DNA from: a virus | Taxonomy: Duplodnaviria; Caudoviricetes | Strand: one strand, 5' to 3' | Virus record (IMG/VR): IMGVR_UViG_3300011339_000762 | Coordinates: 1 to 35,155 of that record | DNA: 35,155 nucleotides | Shown: positions 34,894-35,155 of the stretch, piece after piece | How the letters are laid out: each line of letters begins with the position of its first letter | How positions within the stretch are numbered: position 1 is the stretch's first letter | Notes under the pieces: model-generated | The model's input: the letters and a program-made list of their open reading frames with translations, nothing else | What the model was told of the DNA's origin: nothing | Database searches by the model: none | Position numbers and translations under genes: made by a program

Positions 34894-35155
34894 AAAACAA
34901 TATAATTTTACTGCTCATTTTAGTTTTTGTAAGTTTGGTTGGTGTGCTGTTGTACTTGTTTTATGACAGCACTACCAATTTTCACAAGCAGTTGCTAAAA
35001 AATGAGCGCAATTTTAGAGATTCTGTATTGCAAAGTATTGTATCTTTGCAGAAAGATCGTGAGAAGTTAACTGATGAGATTGATACCTTAGAAACAGTGC
35101 TATCCGATCAGACTGAGGATGTAAAGAAGCAGATTAAAAACATCAAAATAAATAT
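34890..35155 (+). CDS. 5' part of an N-terminally membrane-anchored coiled-coil protein (i-spanin/Rz-like); continues across the junction to 290 (~114 aa joined)
   Basis: ATG at 34890 overlaps the tape-measure stop (ATGA); MKNNIILLLILVFVSLVGVLLYLFYD is one TM helix, in frame with ORF 6..290. Confidence 0.7.
   Translation, partial: MKNNIILLLILVFVSLVGVLLYLFYDSTTNFHKQLLKNERNFRDSVLQSIVSLQKDREKLTDEIDTLETVLSDQTEDVKKQIKNIKIN
34945..35155 (+). repeat. Terminal direct repeat copy 2
   Basis: Matches 1-211 with 3 substitutions (35009, 35095, 35137). Confidence 0.97.

Noticed and set aside
1-35155. Alternative genetic code (stop reassignment)
   Set aside because: Genes are full-length and tightly coupled under the standard code, with TAA, TAG and TGA all used as stops.

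Overview
The window is a complete, circularly closed (211-bp near-identical ends) ~34.9-kb tailed dsDNA phage genome. The long tape-measure gene and absence of a sheath gene point to a siphovirus. TAnnTTTG promoters, A-rich SD-less translation starts and a Bacteroidetes-type sigma factor point to a Bacteroidota host. Two late blocks lie on + (4785-13953: ClpP-like protease, capsid, tail tube, portal, fibre, holin; 22873-34893 wrapping to 1167: terminase, tail chaperone, neck/tail, endolysin, tape measure, spanin-like pair). They are separated by early modules (1136-4643 accessory/sigma on -; 14009-20949 replication on -; 21054-22366 recombination on +). No integrase, DNA polymerase, primase domain or CRISPR array was recognised. 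The main non-obvious signal is a candidate two-layer early-gene shut-off circuit. (i) An 18-bp operator GTAATAA-N4-TTATTAC sits at all four early promoter regions. (ii) An AACTACCA box lies at the start codons of 7-8 early genes, and its exact complement is displayed in the loop of a GC-clamped hairpin in a ~97-nt structured RNA at the head of the late terminase operon (22676-22772), i.e. a candidate one-to-many antisense sRNA. Also seen: two tRNA-like cloverleaves with aberrant anticodon arms placed 15-16 nt before a start codon, a TGTAAC iteron origin, and an unannotated -1 frameshift in the tail chaperone. All protein calls come from motif recognition by eye; no database search was run.
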